This document shows, piece by piece, positions 60,164 to 64,000 of a stretch of 64,000 bases of DNA (within the stretch, counting starts at the first letter, position 1; every line of letters begins with the position of its first letter). Under the pieces are notes generated by a model, which was given only the letters and a program-made list of their open reading frames with translations, searched no databases and was not told where the DNA came from. Where the stretch lies: contig OZ242326.1 in NCBI GenBank assembly GCA_965208325.1, positions 1,888,001 through 1,952,000 on the forward strand. Direction: 5' to 3'. Source of the DNA: Candidatus Poribacteria bacterium. GTDB lineage: Bacteria > Poribacteria > WGA-4E > PCPOR2b. The translations under genes were made by a program, and so were the position numbers.

Positions 60164-60547
60164 ATGAAGATACAACTGGCGGGTGTAGTTGTTGACGACC
60201 AAGACAAAGCGCTTAAATTCTATACCGACGTACTGGGGTTTGTTAAGAAACAGGATTTTCCGGTGGGGCAATTTAGGTGGATTACAGTTATTTCACCGGA
60301 AGGACACGATGATGTTGAATTGGTGCTTGAACCTAACGAAAACCCGGCGTCCAAGACTTTCCAAAAGTCGATCTACGAGCAGGGAATTCCGTACACGTCA
60401 TTTGCGGTTGACGATATTCAAAAAGAGTACGAACGATTGACCGCACTAGGCGTCGAATTTAAGGTGGCGCCGACGGAAACGGGAGCGGTGATTACGGCCA
60501 TATTTGATGACACCTGCGGCAATCTCATACAGATCCATCAGGTCTAA
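60164..60547 (+). CDS. VOC/glyoxalase family protein
   Basis: VDDQDKALKFYTDVLGF, RWITV.SPE and FDDTCGNLIQI. AAGGAG RBS. Confidence 0.9.
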   Translation: MKIQLAGVVVDDQDKALKFYTDVLGFVKKQDFPVGQFRWITVISPEGHDDVELVLEPNENPASKTFQKSIYEQGIPYTSFAVDDIQKEYERLTALGVEFKVAPTETGAVITAIFDDTCGNLIQIHQV

Positions 60548-60660
60548 CCGGTTATTTTTTACAATCGGTCAATTTTTGGTAATTTCAACGATTTACCTCC
60601 GGCGTCCGTGAGCGTCCGGTGAGGCGACAGCGCCGTGAGGAAGAACTGGAGCGTATTAGG

Positions 60661-61779
60661 ATGAAACCCGATAAAGCACTTGCCACCGCAGCCGCGGCGG
60701 GCGACCTCAAAGCTATGCGCGCTATGCTCGATGAAGATAGCACGCTCGCCGCTAACTGGAAGCCGATAATGGATGCGTGTTACGCCGGACAGGCAGATGC
60801 AGTCGCCCTTTTGCTTGAGCATGGGGCCGATCCGAACGTGAAATCCAAGTCCGCCCACCACTACCGCCCGCTGCACCGCACGGTGGAATACAAGAAGACG
60901 GCACCCAAGCACGACGGCCATCATCAGGTTGTTAAGTTGTTACTTGAAGCGGGCGCCGACCCATTGATGCAGGGCAGTTATACGTTTATTAGCGCGATCG
61001 CCGTTTGTGCTACGGGCGAATCGACCGAATTTTTGCCGGCACTGCTGGACAGTGCGCCACGGCGGTACGACATCTTCCACGCGGCTGTGCTCGGCGACGC
61101 CTCCCGCGTCAACGCTCTTTTGGAGGGTGACCCATCTCTGGCAAAGGCACATCATGAGGGAAGTAAAATTTGGACGAGCGACAAGGGCTGGACGCCGCTG
61201 ACTTACTGCGTCAGTTCCCGCGTGGGAAACGACAGCGAGAAGAAGCGGAAGGGGCTGGCGCAGATTGCGGGGAGTTTGATTGAACACGGCGCCGACCTGA
61301 CCGGCTGCGTCGATCAAGCCATCTACAGAGATAATTCGGAGGTTTTCGAGTTGCTGCTAAAATCCGGGGGTAGATGCGCCGACGACGACACGCTCAACCA
61401 CGCGGCTTGCGACGGGCATTTTGACGCGCTTGAACTGCTGCTGAAGCACGGGGCAGCACTCGACGGCACCCGCGGGACTGATCATCACGGCGGTTACACG
61501 CCCCTGGGATGTACGGTGTCGTGCCGCAGCATTCAGGGCGCCCGATGGTTTTTGGAGAAGGGGCAGGATCCGAACAACATCAAGAGCAAGGATGGTGAAA
61601 ACTGTTTGCATGTGGCGGTGCATTTCGGCGCCAGCGACAAGATGCTGCAGTTGTTGCTTGATTACGGCACGAAGATTGAACAGAAGGACAAACAGGGACG
61701 TACACCGCTTGCGCGCGCACATGAGAAGAAGCACAAGAAGGCGATAAGCTTCTTGGAAGCTGCCGGTGCCACGGCATAA
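60661..61779 (+). CDS. Ankyrin repeat protein
   Basis: Repeated LLEHGADPN, GWTPL, GYTPL, GENCLHVA and GRTPL motifs. Confidence 0.9.
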   Translation: MKPDKALATAAAAGDLKAMRAMLDEDSTLAANWKPIMDACYAGQADAVALLLEHGADPNVKSKSAHHYRPLHRTVEYKKTAPKHDGHHQVVKLLLEAGADPLMQGSYTFISAIAVCATGESTEFLPALLDSAPRRYDIFHAAVLGDASRVNALLEGDPSLAKAHHEGSKIWTSDKGWTPLTYCVSSRVGNDSEKKRKGLAQIAGSLIEHGADLTGCVDQAIYRDNSEVFELLLKSGGRCADDDTLNHAACDGHFDALELLLKHGAALDGTRGTDHHGGYTPLGCTVSCRSIQGARWFLEKGQDPNNIKSKDGENCLHVAVHFGASDKMLQLLLDYGTKIEQKDKQGRTPLARAHEKKHKKAISFLEAAGATA

Positions 61780-61875
61780 GCAGCCAGGAATCATCGTTAA
61801 CCATCGGCATGGCGTAATACCGGGACGCGGTTGCAGGATTTTTGATGCAAATTCCCGCCGGCGGATACTTTTCGC

Positions 61876-61904
61876 TTGACAACTATGTGTGCGTGTAGTA
61901 TATT
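61876..61904 (+). promoter_or_regulatory. Sigma70 promoter, probably giving a leaderless transcript
   Basis: TTGACA-17 bp-TATATT, with the ATG 7 nt downstream. Confidence 0.6.
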
Positions 61905-61911
61905 TTAGGGT

Positions 61912-62697
61912 ATGCCACACGCCCATTTAAATATAGAAGAGCACGCGGCGCGTTCGGTGTTGATGCCGCAAGACGGTATCCCGGTCAAAGGATACACCCT
62001 CAATCCGTACATCGGCTGCGGGATGGGGTGCGCCTATTGCTATGTGATGAAGTACCACTATGCGCGCGAGCATCCTCTGCCATGGGGGACTTGGGTCAAG
62101 CCGAAGGTGAACGCACCGTTTCTGATTGGGAAGGCGCGCGCGAAAATTTGGGGGCGCCGGATATTCGTGGGGTCAGCTACAGATCCGTACCAATACATTG
62201 AACGGCAATACCGGCTCACGCGGCGCTGTTTGAAAATAGTGTTGGAAAGCAACCCGAAAAGCGTGGTCGTGCACACGCGTAGTCCGCTCATCTTGGACGA
62301 CCTTGAGCTACTGCAGGCGTTTGGCACCCGCTTGCGTGTGGGCTTTTCCGTACCGACCGATGACGATAGGGTGCGGCGTAAACTTGAGCCGCATGCACCG
62401 CGGATTGGGGTTCGGTTGAGAACAATGCGCCGCCTCAGAGAAGCGGGTATTTACGTCATGGCGTCCTTGACACCGCTGCTCCACTGCAGCAGCCCGACCC
62501 GCTTCGCTCAACTCCTCAAAGATGCCGCGGACGGCGTCTATACCGGGTCAATCCGCTACTTGGATAAAACAGGCATACAGCAGATGGAACGCGCCAAAGC
62601 GTACTTCGGCAGCACCGAGTACGAGGAACTGATTGAAGAGATGAACCGATGTTTGGCGTCGGTTGGGCTGCTGAAAGATTGTCACAGCGAAGAGTAG
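61912..62697 (+). CDS. SPL-like (spore photoproduct lyase family) radical SAM protein
   Basis: NPYIGCGMGCAYCY (CxxxCxxC), SATDPYQ.IE...RLTR..L and LEPHAP. Confidence 0.88.
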   Translation: MPHAHLNIEEHAARSVLMPQDGIPVKGYTLNPYIGCGMGCAYCYVMKYHYAREHPLPWGTWVKPKVNAPFLIGKARAKIWGRRIFVGSATDPYQYIERQYRLTRRCLKIVLESNPKSVVVHTRSPLILDDLELLQAFGTRLRVGFSVPTDDDRVRRKLEPHAPRIGVRLRTMRRLREAGIYVMASLTPLLHCSSPTRFAQLLKDAADGVYTGSIRYLDKTGIQQMERAKAYFGSTEYEELIEEMNRCLASVGLLKDCHSEE

Positions 62698-62869
62698 GAT
62701 ACGGCGAGGCGAATACCGTTCAGCCCATTTTTTCAAGGGGCTCAAACGAGATACATCTGTGAATCAACCTCGACGTTTTTAGCCGACACGCGGGCGTGGG
62801 TGGTCGGGAAACCGGGCAAGGGTGTTGGGGCAGGTGTGGGTGATTTGGGAAGCCGTGGGCTTAATGGAG

Positions 62870-63337
62870 CTAAAGAGCCTTTTCCAAACTCACTCCACAT
62901 CTGATTAAGCGCACAAGTTCGCGTTGTTGTCGGAATTTAACTCTATGTCTTTTGTCCCTGAAAGCATCTCGTTCTGCCCGTTTGAGTTCTCCGCCGTAGG
63001 CAGCCACGGGTCGAAACGCAAGGTTTTCATTCTTAGGAATGATTCGTTCCGCGATGATTGCCCCCGCTTTGAGTTGTGGTAAAATCTCGCTTGCGTTAGC
63101 ATTGCCTTTCTTCAATTCTAATGGCACAACCCAGTTTTCGCTGTTGCACTCACCAATGAAAAGAAAGTCGCAACGTGTCCCGTCTTGCGGCGCCGGAGAT
63201 TTGGAGTGGTCCATATCAATTACGATGAACTGACGATTGCTGTTAGGAAGATGTACGCTACACCCCTTCTTTCGGCACTTCGTCGTTAGACATTCCTCCG
63301 ATACCTTCGCGCGGACAGCTTCTGAGAGATTGCTCAT
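62870..63337 (-). CDS. Hypothetical protein, putative PD-(D/E)xK nuclease
   Basis: RCDFLF...PLELKKG......QL, the same motif pattern as 35750-36310. ATGA overlap with the upstream ATPase. Confidence 0.6.
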   Translation of the reverse strand: MSNLSEAVRAKVSEECLTTKCRKKGCSVHLPNSNRQFIVIDMDHSKSPAPQDGTRCDFLFIGECNSENWVVPLELKKGNANASEILPQLKAGAIIAERIIPKNENLAFRPVAAYGGELKRAERDAFRDKRHRVKFRQQRELVRLIRCGVSLEKAL

Positions 63338-64000
63338 TTGTCCCCGCCCTTATTCGTCCGACCGGATATATCAGCCCACCGGTTATAGACATCAACAGCA
63401 ACCTTTTCATAACCAGCACTGAAGGTTCCCGATTCACAATTGAGCGGGATTTCCTGCACAACCGACCCCTTTGGGCGTTTCTTGGGTTGAAACAGCCATG
63501 CACCGACCTCGTCTGCACGAAGGGCAATGCCGCTGCCAGTGATTGTCCGTCTGTCAGATTCGGTAAGATTGGAGGCTTGTACCAGATTGGCGAGTTCTTC
63601 TAGCACCCATTCGCTATGCGTGGTCATGATGATGCGGACGCCAGCCCGGACGGCAGCCGCCAGAATGCGCGTGAGTGTGACCTGCATTTCAGGGTGTAGG
63701 TGAGCCTCTGGCTCCTCTATAATGAGCGTATCGCCGCGATCAACGGTGCTGCGGAGAAATAGTACAACGGGCGCAAGTTCTGAGACCATGGAAGAAGCGC
63801 GGGACAATGGAATGATTTCCTCAGTTTTCCGCGGCTGGTACACGAATTCCGGATATCCGCCTGGAAATGCTCTCCTAACTAGTATTTCACCGGCAAGTAC
63901 GTCCCGTTCAAGAGCATCAGCAAGATTTTTCATGATATCGCCGCGCCGTTCGTTCTCTTTGTAAAGGATGAGTCGCTGCATGAAATCTGCCATTCCTCCT
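63334..64000 (-). CDS. ABC/AAA_15-type ATPase, 5'-truncated by the window edge
   Basis: Signature ASSMVSELAP, IIEEPEAHLHP and TTHSEW. The frame is open to the window end. Confidence 0.85.
   Translation of the reverse strand, partial: GGMADFMQRLILYKENERRGDIMKNLADALERDVLAGEILVRRAFPGGYPEFVYQPRKTEEIIPLSRASSMVSELAPVVLFLRSTVDRGDTLIIEEPEAHLHPEMQVTLTRILAAAVRAGVRIIMTTHSEWVLEELANLVQASNLTESDRRTITGSGIALRADEVGAWLFQPKKRPKGSVVQEIPLNCESGTFSAGYEKVAVDVYNRWADISGRTNKGGDK

Noticed and set aside
1..64000. Transposase, RAYT, integrase or prophage genes
   Set aside because: No ORF shows HUH/Y1, DDE, tyrosine or serine recombinase, or phage structural motifs.

Overview
Bacterial chromosomal window. The secreted WD40 protein family and the dense GTAG-type REP palindromes suggest Ca. 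Poribacteria, but this is inference only. Left to right: the end of a type I R-M locus (ABC-ATPase/TOPRIM gene, hsdR, M48 peptidase); an archaeal-style beta-RFAP synthase and an ATP-grasp ligase embedded in composite REP arrays; a MoxR/DUF58/BatA-VWA cluster interrupted by WD40 and carboxypeptidase-regulatory-like surface proteins; rfbB, mutL and tRNA-Asn(GTT); a Schlafen/AlbA gene; a ~10 kb run of small VOC/glyoxalase-type detoxification genes; and a ~26 kb co-directional defence island (34.3-60.1 kb). The island scaffold is an HTH-SNF2-DUF3883 helicase, a DUF1156 adenine methylase and a DUF499 ATPase (restriction-like/BREX-related), followed by a TM0106 nuclease-helicase. Nested between the scaffold genes are a Menshen-like trio, a short prokaryotic Argonaute/TIR-APAZ (SPARTA) pair and an AAA_21/DUF4276 pair. 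The Menshen-like and SPARTA cassettes are each preceded by a remnant of the same aspartic protease 3' end. An uncharacterised ABC-ATPase + CD(Y/F)L..ELK nuclease pair occurs twice. All family calls come from motif recognition by eye; no database search was run.
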